NCBI GenBank assembly: GCA_050084985.1
Contig: JBITNC010000001.1
Coordinates: 47,430,001-47,494,000, forward strand
Reading direction: 5' to 3'
Source of the DNA: Nageia nagi
Taxonomy: Eukaryota > Plantae > Pinophyta
DNA: 64,000 nucleotides
A program made the translations under genes and the position numbers. Positions 1 through 15,200 of the stretch are shown piece by piece. The notes under the pieces were generated by a model that made no database searches, was not told the origin of the DNA, and saw only the letters and a program-made list of their open reading frames with translations. Every line of letters starts with the position of its first letter. Position 1 is the first letter of the stretch.

Positions 1-1689
1 AGATATCTAAATATGAATTAATATTTATTAAATAATTCATTTTATATCTTCAAGGAATATTTATTGAAAAGAGGGTTAAAATATACCCAAGGAAATGTAA
101 TCAATGTAATGGAACACGGTATAATGTAAAAGGTATCAAATATCAAAAAAGACACCACAAATAATGTAATATGCAATGATCATAAGAATCAAAGAGGATC
201 AAAATGTTGCTATAAAAGAATATCAAAGGCAATATAATGCATCATCGATCAAGATCCAAAGGGAGAGATTAGAACATGCAATATCATTTTACCTGACCAA
301 CAAAGGTGTTTTGTAACACCACCTATTCATAGATTTGTTATAGCCTTCATCTTGTTCTTACGCATTTCAATTTCTATTTTTAGATTTGCATCTTTTACAT
401 TGTTCATAGTGCGCTCCTAAGCCATTGACAGAGTTTGTTTATTATGGTATGATACTACGATTGATTTTTGATTCCTATTTTTTTTATTTGGATGCAGATT
501 TCATGAAGGTACCTTATCTATCATGTTTGTTTGATGGCATATTTCTTATATATGCTTAAATAATACATTATAATGAAATAGTGCTTCAATTTATTATTTA
601 TGCAGTATTTTTAGTCTACAAGTGGAACTAATAATAAAATATTTAAATATGTTAAGAAGATATGGTAGATTATTCAAGGTAGTTATTATTTAAAACCTAT
701 TAAATATAGAAGGAAGATCAAACATCATCTTTTATAACATATCATTGTAATTCAAATTAAATATTTTATAAGGTAATTCCAAATTTAATTAATTAATAAA
801 CTAAATAATTAATTACCTTATGATATGTTATATTTTAATTAATTATTAAATTAAATTTTAATTAATGATTAAACTAAATTTTATTATAATTTAATTAATT
901 ACCTTATAAAATATTCATTGTATGAAGAAAATATTGTCTAACATTCTAAACTCCTCCTCTTGAAGTCTACAACACCTACTTAATACCTTCAATCAACTCT
1001 TACAAGTAGTTCTCAAGTTCAAACTTGACTCAAGAATATTATATTGCTCCCAAACCTCCCTTTAAATGTCTCAAGAAGTATTTGGACTGGTTCTTCAATG
1101 GATTCTTCCTAATCCTCCCTCTAAGAGATCAAGAAGTTACTACCATCTCCAACTCTTAGTTTCTTATTTGTTTTATCTTACCTCTCTTGATAAGAATGAA
1201 GTTCTTAAACAATCTTGTTGAATGAAATCTAGTGCCTATTAGTCTACATCCAACTCTTCATCTTCCAGATAACTCCTGCCCCTTGAGATTCCATTTCTCC
1301 TTATCGAAAATGGACCATTGGCAGCCTACAGAGGACAATTGGTGTTTTGTAGAGGACCATTGGTATTCCTTTTCTTGAAGTATTTTGACTTTAGATTTTG
1401 TTGCTAATCTCCTTTTAGTGCCTACATTAGGAATATTTATAATTTAATCTGATTTTTGGATCAATAATAGAAAAAGAGAAGGGAATATTAGCTAGATCAT
1501 AATCAACTACACTAGTGCCACCAGCAAAAGGGAAACAAGTAGAATAAATGGATTGAGGGAATTGAGAGATACCATTTAGGATGATCAATGCATATGCTTC
1601 ACTTCGATTGAGCATGTGTTTTCCATAAGATGTGATATTTTTTATCATCATTTGATTTTCTTATAAGGCCTAAATCATTGATATTAATA

Positions 1690-4320
1690 TCCAATAATCA
1701 AAGAGGATCTAAATAAATATCATGTAAGAAATATTGGTATGTGCCTATCCATGCATTAAAATCCCCTAATAACATTACATAACCCAAGAGTGAAAATTTT
1801 AAGATCTCAAGATAATGATCTAGGTAGGGTGAGTCACCACCACCTACAAGAAACATATAGAAATGTAAATATATTGATATGTTATCTTCCTATCAATAGA
1901 GATCCATATGTATATGGCATATTCCCAGGAACAATAATAGGCATATAGATGCCATGGCTAGTGCAGCTTCACTAGCTTCAATACAAAGTAAATATGAAGA
2001 AAGAATCCTCACAATCAAGAATTTGAGTAAGCAATATAACCTTTAATTCTTATTGAAAATTTCGATACTACTATTTGGCTAGTGAAAGTAATGGTTATTT
2101 TACCCAGTAAAGTGATGTGTATAACAAGAATTAGATTAAGAAAATTAGCAATAAAGTGTATCATAATTACATATAAGTTATATATAATATCATTTTAAGG
2201 GTTACTCATTAAATATCTCATATCAAAATGAAATAGAGGCAATAAGATAAAAAGCACATGAGGGTGTTTGTGGTGGTCACTTTTATGCAAAATCAATTTA
2301 TCAAAAGTTGTTGAGGATTCGATACTATTGGCCTAAAATGGAGCAATATTATCATGCACATGTGAAAAAGTGCATACAATTCCAAATCAATCAAATATTC
2401 AACACACTCCATCTCAAGAGTTCAACGCTATGGTAGAAACTTATCCATTCTCAATATGGACCATTGATTTGATAGGTGTATGTAGACACTAAAAATCATT
2501 CATTCATCTACCTTATGCGATTTATAATTATTTAGTTCATCATATAGCTCTTCATGATCTCATCATCCATCCATCCTATCTTGACCCCATTCACATGATC
2601 AATTTTGGTAACTTAGCCCTTTATTACTAACTTGTCACTTTGAACCCTAACCAGCCTATCGATTAATTGGTTAGGCAACTGGTTGACCAGCCCACCAGAT
2701 AATCTTGTATAAAAGTCAAATCAAAAATAGATTTTCACATAAATATTTCTCTTAGAACAATGGAAACCTTATGACTCCCTACTATCATGTGCACTCCAAA
2801 CTGTGTACTTGAGTTTTTGGCCTAAAATCTTCCATTTGGAGCTTCACCCATCACTTGCAAAGGCAACAAAAAGAGGATTTTTGTCCTCATCTTGCAAGAA
2901 ACCTTGGGTAACTCATGTGGCTTTGGTTTTTGTGGTCATAATATCTATTTTGAGTGCTTTTATAGGTTTTAAGGGACATTCAATAGTTCACATCACATAT
3001 GATCCTTTTGGGTTTATCATTACTATATTTGTACATGGTTGCATATTAGCATTTTCTAGGCTAATCTCTAGAAGATTTAGGATAGAATAGGATATTTTAG
3101 TTGTTATTTTAGTTAGTCTATTTTTAATCTTATGTTAGCTTTCATTTTTGGTATTATGCTATCTTCTAGTGCCTTATTGATTCAAGGTTTAGAGGCTTAC
3201 AAGCTATCTAGCAATATTTACATGGTTTTAAGGTCTTAAGGACCTAGAACCTAGAAGCCTCCTCTTACCTCTTCTTTTACAGGTTGTTTAAAGTCTTTTG
3301 TATTACATAAAAAAGGAAAAACTCTAAACCCTCCCTCATTTTTTTTTTATTATCATTATCTAATCATGTTTCAAGAAATATTTTAGATATTGTAGCATGG
3401 GCCTTTCCAAGAGGGGAGGGACCCCAAGTGTGGGGTCTCCATTGGTCCTTGCATCCCCTTTTTGTAAGCTTACAATGTAATAAATCCATATTCTAAAGAA
3501 GCAAATAATTTTATCACAACATCTATAGAATATTTCACCATTCCCATGAATTCCACAAAAGAAAAAGATAATCAAGTTCCTCATAGAAAAATCATCACTA
3601 GGTTTGGTGTGTCATCTCAAATTTTCATTGATCATTGCATGATCTATAAAAAAAGGAAATGAAAGTATTTTCTGAAAAGTTTCATATTGAGTAAAAAAAT
3701 TCAACTCCTTACTATCCTTACGAAAATGACCAAGAAAATGAAAAAATAATACCATCATTAATATCATATCCAAAAGACTTACAAAGCATGGAAAGGATAG
3801 GCATAATTAACTTTCTTATGCACTATGGGATTATAGGAATAGAATAAGGACTGGTATAGATTCTAATCTATTTTAACTTGTGTATGGTGATGAACATCCC
3901 ATATCACTTGAGTTGGAGGTTCCATCTTTGATAATTCCAGTTCAAGGAATCATTTTGGGTGAGAAGCAAAATTGCAATTGCCAAAGAAAATTGATGAGAG
4001 AAGAATCAATGTAGTTAAGCATATAATAATCTATCAAATTAGAATAAAAAAATCATGTAAATAAATTCATTACCAAGGAGTTCAAATTCCTGACTTGGAT
4101 TTCATGAAAAATAAGGATCTCAATCCTAAGGAGTTAAAATTGGTGATTTGGCTTTCATGAAAAATAAGGATCTCAAAGGTAAGTTTGAAGCAAATTGACT
4201 TGGTCCTTATATCATCATAGAGAAGTATGGATTGGGATTATATAAACCTACCACCATGGATGGAAAATAGAAGAATAAATTGATTAATTTAATTCATCTC
4301 AAGATTTTCTACATAAAAAT
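1690..4320 (+). mobile_element. Degenerate Ty3/gypsy (Tat/Ogre-like) pol remnant: RNase H and integrase
   Basis: Fragments DAMASAASLA, AHEGVCGGHFYAKSIYQKLLRIRYYWPKME (IN zinc-binding), WTIDLIGV and KFEAN.LGPYII (GPY/F); many stops and frameshifts; boundaries approximate. Confidence 0.8.
2481..3474. mobile_element. Solo LTR inserted in the gypsy integrase
   Basis: TGTAG...CTTACA termini; TSD GTGTA/ATGTA (1 mismatch); host frame IDLIGV|INPYSK rejoins when it is removed. Confidence 0.75.
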
Positions 4321-7298
4321 TAATCTATTCTCAAAATTACCTTAGAATTTGAAAAAAGGGAACAAAAGAGGTACCAATAGAGTGTCGAAAATATCTATTT
4401 TCAATTTCATGTTAATAAGAGCCATAAAAAAAAAAGGAAATCCATGACCCTATATAGTAATAAAGGAAATATGTCCCTATTTTTAAGGAATTTTTATTCA
4501 AGAAAAATTGCATATGTTCTCTCTCAATCTTAAAATGTTAATTGTAAGATCTATGTTTTAGTTTGAGCAATTTTTTAGCTATAAAAAGGATGGTTTTTAT
4601 ATTAAAAAAGATGCAAAAATAATCATGATAAATCATAAATATGTAAGCCTTATAACCAAAAAATAAGAAAACAAAAGGTGGAAGTAATCTCAAGATAGTT
4701 CAAGGGGTGATTGGGGCAAGTTTAGAGACATTTGAACGTAAGAACAAGGTCATACATGAACTAGAATTGATTGAATGGGTCATGAAGTACCTCATAATGG
4801 ATGGTAGGTATACTATCATATTTGGACCTAATATTATTATGCTCTATCATTTTCATTGCCTATTAGGGTTTCTATGAAGCAAGTCTATAACAAGGAGTAA
4901 AAACAAATACAACATATGGGTCTTATTACCTTCATGTATAGGAAATCCCTAGTTGAATCCGTAAGGAAGAAAATAAAAAATTGGATAACCTATATAGGAT
5001 AACCTGACTAAGAATCCATCCTTGAAATATGAGGAGAAGATGAAAAGACATGGTTGTAAGCCTGAAACAACCTCAACCTCTAAATCCTTGAAATATAATA
5101 AGGATAACCCTAAGTCCCAATATAAGAAGAAGAAAATATCAGTATCAGATTCAATGTTGGGAAATGCAATCAAATATTGAAAATAGTTAAATCTAATAAT
5201 AAAAGGGTTTTTACTATATCACAAAAAGTAAAAACTATGGTGTTGGAGTTAAGAAGATCCCAAAAGAAGTGTTGCATATCCAAGATGATAGTCCATTTAA
5301 GGAAATGAGAACCAAATCTCACACACCAGGAACCTAGGAACCTTGCATGGATGAGGAATAAGTGTAATCCCTTGCTCCTTCTAATGACCTTGCAAATACT
5401 CCTCAACCCACAAGCCCCTCTCCCCCAAAGGAGCAAACCCGATAGTGAATTTCAAATTTGTTAGGTTAGAGTTGGAGAAGGTGGAAAATGATGAGGAAAG
5501 TAAAATTAAGAAGCCCTAGCAAATGGATACAGAAGGACCTTTTGAAAACCAAACTGATATGTTGGATGATTAAAGACATGCATACTAGCAAGGACACAAC
5601 CCTGACTAAGGAAGAAATCAAGGAGGCTACTGGTATGATGGAGGAGGGAAATGAGATGAAAATTATTTTTTGGTCTTCAATAAAATGATATTCATATAAT
5701 AACTAATTAATTTCTAGGATGAAAGAAGTTCATCCAGAGCATATCCGAACAAAGAAGTCAAATGTACCAAAAACCCCAACAAAACATCCTACCAAGAGGA
5801 AGGAGAGAGTGGAGGGTGACTAGTCAGTACAATCTAGAGAAGGGGGTAAGGAGAAAGAAAGAAAATAAAAATGGATGAAGAAGAAGAAAGCTAAGGTACC
5901 TCTCAATGTTTCTCCCTTACTTTGATCCTTCTAGAATAGCTTATTCCTAGTGAAGATCCTAGTGTGATGCAATTCAGGATGCATACTAGGACTTACTCCA
6001 AGAAAAAAGTAAGTGAAGAGAACCCTAAAAGTAACAAGAAAGGGAGCAAAAAAGGGTCCCATGAATTAGTGGTTTGGTTTTTATGTAGTATGTTTATATG
6101 TTCAGCATAGATGATATAGAAGAATATGTAGTAGATTGTATCTACTAAAGGTATTAGATAGTATATATTTTGGTTGTATTATGTTGTTATTTTGGTTGCA
6201 TTTTACTAGTGTCTTAACATACATTTTGGCTACCAATAGGTATAGCTAGGTATCGATTTCTATTATTGGAAATCATTTTGTGACTAGTTTTTTTTAGGAT
6301 CTAGATAAAACCCTACATCTTTTTTATAATTTAATTTACACTTATTAATAAAAAATAAAAAACTTAGGAGGCCTCCATAGGATCTTTCATTTTTCCTTAT
6401 TTTTAGTTTAATTTATCTACATGATTTTTTTTTATTTTAGGAATAGGACATAAAATAAAATTGAGAAACTCCACCCAAGAAGCCTTTGTTAGAGCTTTCA
6501 ACTCCGACAACACTTTTCAAGTTCAAAACTATAAAAAGTAAAAATTAGGTATATCAAATTTTTCTTTCAATTATTGTTTAGTTATATCAAACAAATATAT
6601 AAATTCATAGTATTTCATGCTCAATTTGATCAATATAAATGCTCTTCAATAAATGTTAGAATTATTAACCTTCTTTTCTCTTTGGGGCATTAGAATTCCC
6701 ATCATGGTAACCCCATGATGAAATCATGTTATCAATCATCTTCTTGAGTGTTACATAATTATCAAGAGTGATTAGTGTTTCAGAATGTGATCATTACAAC
6801 ATACTCAATTGGGACATGATCACTTCCTATTTTGATTTTTGGGGTAATAAAAGATCCTCCATGTACTCATGTTATGGTGATATTAGTGAGATAATCCTAA
6901 TCCTCTAGATAGATGTCCTTTCTTACTTGATATTCAGTTTGATTTGTGTTTACTATTATGATTCATGATTAGTTCTATGATCATCTTTCATATTTCATGA
7001 TCATTTCTATGTTCTTCATAACAATATTATGCTCTTTGGGTATATCGTTAATTTCCTTACATATTTATATGTTTATGATTTTCTCTGACAAGAGGGGGTG
7101 TCTAATCATTATCGATATTTTCCAATGCCCCTCATCCCACCAAGGATAAGCACAAACCCTCTTGAACATTTGACCCCCTTGCAGGACCATTTCATTTATC
7201 TTTTTTGAATGTTCATTTTCGCTTTGAATACCTTATCTCATATAAGGATTCACAAGCAATTCAAATTTTAAAAAAAGGACATGAAAAAAGGCCAAACA

Positions 7299-8100
7299 TG
7301 TAGAACCCCAAGCTCATGATATAAACTAAGTCACTTCAGGAAAGTATCTCCATAAAGTGTTAGTATCTCTTTCTTTCCTTAATTTGGAAATGTGGTCTTG
7401 GTTTGGACTTTTAATACCTAAATTTGATTTTTATTTAATTAAAAATCATATTTTAGGTATCTAAGTAATTTAATTATTTATTTATTGTGTTTTAGGTATA
7501 TTTATAGAATAAAGTACAATTTCACTCATTTCTATCTTTATAAGGACAATTCCAAGGTGTATTGAGCAAGGAGGCTTAGCCCAATAGTGGAACTTCATCT
7601 ATATAAAATAAGATGGATGTAACATTAATCATTTCTAGACCTTGATTGAGAATTGATACAATATAGTGGCATTATATGCTTGGTGTCTCTCAACACCATC
7701 TATCAAGTTTAGATTTGTGCCCTCAATGAATATTGCATTCCTTATTTGTGATATTATAGTTTAGGTCTGACAACATTGACGAGGCATGCAAATTTGAAGG
7801 TACTGAAGGAAGGGACTTGTACAATGGCATACCACAGTATATCAGTGCACCATACCTATGAGGAAAGGATGTTCGAATTTCAAGAGTGATTTGTCTAAAC
7901 CTTGTTAAAATAAGATTTGAATTATGATCCATCTGGTACATGTAAATGATAGGCTTATTGTACATTTGAATTCATGTTTTATTATGTATTGAGATACGAG
8001 CATTTAAATCTCATTTCAATTATTTGTAGCTTTTATTAGCAGTATTATTTACTAAATTGATATTGAATTGATTGAGTAAAATAAATTTTTAGTATCAACA
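7299..8100 (+). mobile_element. Probable LTR (degenerate)
   Basis: TGTAGAACCCC start after a purine-rich stretch, TATAAA-like box near 7602, ends ATCAACA; no TSD found. Confidence 0.4.
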
Positions 8101-8130
8101 CCTACCACCACATCTCCCAAGGAGGCAAAC

Positions 8131-9066
8131 TATAAACACCTAAATTTAATTTTGATTTAAAATAGTAATTTAGGTACCTAAATTGATTTAATTAATTAAA
8201 GAGAATTTCGATAAAGTATATTTAAATTTCAAGATAAAATCAAGTAATGTAATGTTGTCTTCTATCTTTTGCAAGGTATATAAGAAGACATCAAGGTCAT
8301 TTTGAACCATCTATCTCTTTGGCAATCAAGCTATTGAAATAAGTTAGCAAGGCTTGAGATCTTCCTTTTTGCCACCCTTTTGACTCATCTAATATTATCA
8401 TTATGAAGTTTTAACATCAATTCATCGTTATTACTTTTGATAAATTGAAAATCTTTTCATGCTAAAAGAATAAGTTTTAAATTGAATCGAAACAATCAAA
8501 CTGCAAATTAAGGTTCTAATTGAACTCACCAATAAGGTCAACCATGGCTCTATTTCAAGCCAAGTCGATCCTATTTTTATGAGATCTTCAATCATCAAAA
8601 GTTGCAAGAGAATTTAAATCCATATTCCAAGCCTCCTAAGGACTTTGTTTCTTCATTCCAAGTATTGTCATGCATGTTTTGATTGTTCTTTCATTTCAAA
8701 TTTTATTTATCATCATTGAGGTTGATCTTAACCCTTGTGAAATTCGAGACAAGCATCAATCTCCTTAAAACCATTGAATTTCCATATGCGCTTTGGGAAG
8801 AACTTGGCCGCAATTTTCAAAGGGTTACATCTCTTCAAACAGGTGTACAAATTATCACATTCATTATTTCTTTTTTATACATGCTAGATTAAGGATTGTG
8901 ATGCTCATTTGTTAGATCCATGTGTGCCTTAGGTTTTCACAATTATCATATAACACCAACATTGTAGTATTGTTTTCTTGTCAATTTCCATGTTTCATTT
9001 GTAGGCAAATATTTATGTTTTATTATTTTTATAATTCATTTTATTTATCTATATGTAGAGCTTATA
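8131..9066 (+). mobile_element. Probable LTR of the same family as 30380-32500
   Basis: 8720-8900 is clearly similar to 30945-31120 (GAGACAAGCATCAATC..AAAACCATTGA..TTTGGGAAGAACTTGGC); preceded by GGAGGCAAAC; ends approximate. Confidence 0.5.
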
Positions 9067-12000
9067 ATTATATAATAAAATATAAAATATGCCAAAAATG
9101 CTTAGTGTTGCATTACTCTTATTCAATCATTTTTATCTCTTCAGGGCATCAAATGCTACAACTTATATTCTTGTGGTCATGTGATTGACCTTTGCTTTGT
9201 AAAATGAAGTCCATGGAAGCTTTCCAAGATATGTAATTGGACCTATTTCATAGGAAGATAGAGCTAATTTCAATACTAGAAAGTAAGTGCAAAATGTAAT
9301 ATTGTCGACATATAGATATATAAAAAAGTATGGGCTTACAAATTAAAAAAAATCCTAACGATAAACTTATACTCTTTTGAGGTACTAGACAAATGGAAAA
9401 GACTAGAAAATAATAGAACTTAAAAAGCATAAAGCTTTTGTGATCAATACTAATTAGACTTGAAGTTTCTACTAAGCCAAATATGAAGATATTGATTAGC
9501 AAAATTAATCAACAAATCCAAGATGCTTCTAAATCTTGATTGTCAATGAAGTGGGCTTTCTTCTTACAACTTTGGTACTTTGTTGAAATTTCAAAAAGTC
9601 GAAGATCAAAAATGACCTCACAAGAACAAGACGTTATATTATAAATGAAAAATTGGAACTAATTTTTATATTAAATCTCATAAAAGATGTTTTCTCGATA
9701 CTATAAACACATCCTACCATTTAATAGAAAATGGAGAAAGATATATATATATATATATAACTAGCTTAAAAATAAAAAAGGCACTCTATGTTTAGACTTG
9801 TAATCAAAGTTAAAAATAGAAGAATCTTCAAGATAGGCTTCCACTAAATTTTAACTTAAAATAAGCTATGCTCTTATCTTTAATATTATAATGTTCCTTA
9901 CCATGAGCTAAGATACCTTAAGATGCAATATTATGTTGCCATTATCTTCCCAAAATAAAAATAAAAACTCCTAGTTAAATTTATAATCAACTTAGAATCA
10001 TGATCATATCCTTGATATTTAAAATAATCAAGATTAGGCAAGATACCCAAAGATGATATTTATATTTTATTAATTGATGTAATGTGACATGCACAATTAG
10101 TCAAGTTCTACCAAATCAATCCTAACGGGACATATCTAGTTCCCAACAACATCATCATCTCCCACCTCATGCTCATGCCAAATCCCCAAGGCAACCTCGT
10201 TCGCAACCATTATCGACAACCAAATCCTAGAATTTTTCATTGTTGAGTGCCTCTAATTATTTGAAAGGGTATAACATAGGAACCTCCTAAGATGATTATT
10301 GGGTAAGAAGATAATTACAAGCATATGAAGACATGCAATGATGTAGGTTAAGGCATTCCATCTATGCCCAATCCCTAGAAACCTAAAGAACGAGGGGCAC
10401 CCTCCAATCACTCCAAATAAGATTTAATGTTTTAAACTCTATTTGTTTAACTCACTAACAATTAAGTTGTTTTATTATTTCCTAACCTAGTTGGAGATTG
10501 TTTGAATTCCTAAGGGGAATGCTCTATCCAACACTTTTTTGTATATAAAGTTATTATATTTAATATAATTTCTTTCATTAAAAAATAAATAAATAAAATA
10601 AAATCTCTTTAAAATCTTTATTTAATTATATTATTTTTATGATACAAACAATTTTTTTTTTAATATAAGCAATAATTTGTACCTTGTAACATTACTTTGC
10701 ATAAGTTGAGAAAACTTTTCGAAATCATCATTAACCATTAGTTCCAACTCTTAATATTAAACTTCAGTGACCAAATTTTCCATTATTATAATCTACACAA
10801 TAAAAAAACATTTTATAAATTCTAAAATTTAATTATTTTTAAACAAACCTTGTCCTCAAATCCAGCATGTGTAGGGGAGTTGGAGTTGGAGAGAAGAGTA
10901 GCTGAAAACTCTCAAAGTGGATAATAAGAGACCTCAGATTCAACTCTCCCCCTCACATGCAGGTGGGTATGTAACATATGACAGGTGTCAATTCCCGCGC
11001 AAACTTGTAACTCATCAAATATATATATATATATATATATTTGACAACATGCAATAAAAATTTAATATAAATACTACTTCTCCAATGACAATCCTACTTA
11101 AAAAAAAATGTCTGTAAATTATTATTCTATTAACCTCCTCTATATTGAATGTTTTAAAATTCCAACAATGGCTAGGCAAGAATCCTTAATATTTTATCAT
11201 CCTAATTACAATTCCTCATTTATAACCCTTGAAATTTGCCACCAAAATAAATTATCCCATATATTATTATTGTTTAACCATTGAAAAATAACTCTACTTA
11301 ATTATTACATTCGTATTATACTATCAAAGTCTCTAGTTTAAAATATTCAAATGTAATTTATGATATAAAACCAATAAGAAACACGACAAGAGGTTTGAGA
11401 TTCTACAATGCAATTTCCTCAATGATTAAAAAACAAAAACATAACTGCAGTTGAAACAATTGTTACATTCATGTTTTGTTTTGTTTACGAGGCTAATTGA
11501 ATTCTTCTGTATCTTTGTTGTATATCCAAACCTTCACACATTTCAAGGCATATGTACATCTGTTGCATATTTTTTACCCTTGATAAATCCAGCATCATCT
11601 ACTATCCGAAAAAACAAAAAAAATAGCACTAAATGATTCTAAAAGACTATCAAACGGTTTGCAAAATAATTCATGAAACAGCACGGGGTTTTGAGAAAAA
11701 AAGAAGAATTAAATATACAGCTCTCTGCTTGCATGACAATAAGGACAATTTAAGTAATTGAATAAAGGCAAGATGTCAATGATTTCCGGGCCAAAATTTG
11801 CCAATCTAAAAGAATGGTCTGTGAAGCTATTTTCTTCTCCTCAAGATGAACAGGTTGCTGAGTTTCATTAACATTTTCCAGAGCATAAAATATGTGAGCC
11901 AGTCTAAGGGAACGAAACACTGATTTGCTAAGAAATCAATCTAATTCTTCCCTGAGAAAGATAGCTGTGTGGAATATACAACACATTGGAGCTAGAGGCT

Positions 12001-12166
12001 ACAATCACAACAGTAATGGAATAATTACCTCAAAGCAATTGTTATATTGGATCCTACCAAGCACTGATAAAAAAAAGATAGAAAACTGTAACAAATTAAA
12101 ATTGATAAAGAGAATGCAGCCTTGATGACTTTTGCTGCAGGTTGAAAAATCTTTTGAGTCTTATCC

Positions 12167-12234
12167 TCAGTCACATTTGATGTTCCTGTAAATTCTTCTA
12201 ACAAACATTGAGGAACCCAAGTACCCAACAGCCC
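12167..12234 (-). CDS. TMN1: TM9SF exon 13 (C-terminal KxD Golgi-retention tail)
   Basis: [22 protein letters not shown]; TGA at 12169-12167. Confidence 0.95.
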
Positions 12235-15200
12235 CTGCAATTTTAAAAAAAAATTACAAGTTAATTTTGGTAAATGTATGTGCAAAACCATATTAAATTT
12301 GCTTCAATTAAAAAGCTAAGCAGAGAGAAGAGACAATTACCACAGAGTATGCCCAAACCAAGGCAGAACATAAGTGTGTAGCCAAAATAGAAGCTTGTTT
12401 GGAAAAATCCGGACATCTTTGTTTTCATGTAATAGTAATATATGGAATAGAGATACACGTATGTAGCTGTTGATGCAGCTGAGAAGAAAGATGTCCATTG
12501 CCAATGGTAGTTTTCCGCATTCAGCAAGAAGTATGTGCCAACAATTGTGACACAAATGGTCACTATAATGAGAATCAAGCAGACCAGCAACATAAATCCA
12601 TATACATAGTAAACCTTCAGCATAAGAACCATAGCGATCATGTTACAGAAAGTGACTGAAGCATTGATGCATTCAGATTAGATAATGATAAAGTAATGTG
12701 TAATTTTCGAACAGGTAGTAAGAATAAACCTAGATCTTCATTAAATTATCTTTATCTTCTATATAAGTGAAAGAACACCAGGTCAGATGACCATGAAGCA
12801 AAATAAATTAAAACATAGTCTACCCCTTTCATATGCATATAAGTTTTTCAATAATAGTCTCTTACCTTGTAGTTCCAAAATGAGGTAAAAACAAAGTACA
12901 TCTCGATGAATATACTCCCAAATGGAAGTAGACCACCCATTACTGAAACTACCGATGGAGTGAGATACCACTTCTTCTCAGGAATAGGCCGAGGAATGCT
13001 CTTAACACGACAAGGATTATCTGAAGCCCGACACCAATTCCTTCCTACAACTGTTCCCAAAAGTGCTAAAGGCAAAGAAATGAAACCCCAGATTAGGAAA
13101 ACCACCACCTGCATTAGACACACATACAAATAAAAAACTTGAATATGGAAAACCAGATATAAAACAAATAATGATATACATTCATAATAGCAGGAAGCAT
13201 ACCATAGTGCCAAAAGGAATAGCAGCAAGTGATCGGTAAAACATGGCGACTATGTTCAATGTGAAGCCAATTCCAAAGCACAAGAATGGAAATAGAGATG
13301 CAGTGAGAACCATTGATTTTACCCAGTGCTTACCTGTCAAAAAATGTTATGTAAATTAAAGTTCTAAATTATATAAATTAAAAGCTTATGCTGACCAAAA
13401 ATATCAAAGTTGCCTGAATTAGCAATATTGGAAAAATAAATATGTTACGACTTGAAATTCTAGTTCAAACGTAGAATTCACAACAGCAAAATATTTACCA
13501 TCATTGCGTGAGTAAAGGCTTCCACTGACATGACCTGAAATGAATGATGTGAGGGCATAGCAGATAATGAAAGTTGTGACAATTGCTCCACGACTGAACA
13601 GACATCAAAATAAAAAAAAAGTTAACTAAATTAAATTCATTTCCCTAAAAACAAGGGATTGTTAAAGTCAAAGCTGAAACTCAAACAAGCAATGGAAGAA
13701 GAGTGCAAAGACAAATAGGAAGCGAAACAGGCAATGAAAACTTCATTTAACTCTGACATGCGATAAACGGATTCCAATGTTGGAATCTGGACTCGATCAG
13801 ATTTGAACGTGGCTTGAAGATCCAACCTCAAAACTGACCGTTTCCACTCTCTGCCCAGAAACACAGCCTGACCGTGTTTCATCAGTGTCAAACGCAGCCC
13901 CGACCGCATTTGCGATCAAACATGACCTCGTTTCTGCAGTGTTATTTTCAGGCTTTATACTTCGCCCAGTTTTGTGTCTTTTCATATTTTGTTCGTTTCT
14001 TCTTCAGTTGTTTCAAATTCCGGCTTTTGTGTTCTCTCCGGGATGTTATGTATTTAATTATTAGCATGCTCATGTAATCAGGTTAGATTTTGAACCGGAT
14101 TGGATTGTTAGTGTGTAGCTCAGTGTAAGAGACCAAATGAAATGTGGTGTGTTGGACGTGGGTTCTAGCTGAACTCCATTCAAGTTTGTATATTTTGATT
14201 CTATTATTAATATATACAGTTCCATTGTGAGATTGCTCCATTGTTGATTCAGATTTATGAGTTTGAGAGATTTCTCCATTGCATATTTGAATATTGTGAA
14301 TGTTTAAGTTTATTGAATCTATTCAGATTCTTCATCTGGTATCAAAGCCATGGCTGGTTTGATTTAATGGGTTTGAGAAAGCTTGGTAGATTGGAGAGTT
14401 ACAAAAATCTTGTGGGGACATTGGAAATAATTTTATAAATTATTTTCTGATTGATTTCCATTGGGGTTTCTTGTTGCTCTAGTGTAATGGCTATCAACAT
14501 TAACTTCTTGCCACTACCAGAATTTGATGCGAAGCATCTTGATTTTTGAAGCATAAAAATTGAGACATTGTTGATTGGTAAAGGCCTACAGGAAATTGTT
14601 GAAGATGGGTATGTTGAATCAGAAGATTGGAACTCTCTTGAAGGAGAGGAAAGATGATTGAAGGAGGAACAGCATTTAAATTGTTTAGCTCTTCTAGATA
14701 TTAGAAAAAGCATGAAGAAGAATGTTTTGCCACTACTTGCAGGTTGTAGGATAGCTTGGGAGCATGGAAAACATTGCAAGTTTGTTTTGGGGATGATAAA
14801 ATCACTCCGGAAAATATTTGTTTTGTGAGCAAGGAGGAACATTCTTGTTCCAGATTTGAGAAAAATGTTGGAAAAGAAGAAGACGAAGCCCTTTGTTATT
14901 CTGGATTGTGTTGTTAGAGCACTTGGAGAGTACATTGTTGAAGATTGTCTCATGGAAAAGGCACAAAATGTTATTCCAGAATTTTTTGTTGATACTTGTC
15001 TTAACAATTCTCATGTTGCTTGTGGAAATGATGTTTGTGATGAAGGTGCAGCTGTTGAAGATTCTCTACAAAGACAGAGTGTTCATGTTGGAGTTCCGCC
15101 AAAGGGGGAGAATTATGAAAAAGAATGTTGTGTGATGGATTGTCGGCTTGAAGACCACTCACAAAGAGTGGATATAAGCCTTACAAAGACTGTATCAGAA

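Noticed and set aside
1427-1651. 74-aa minus-strand ORF as a host gene
   Set aside because: No recognisable domain or splice structure; lies among retroelement debris
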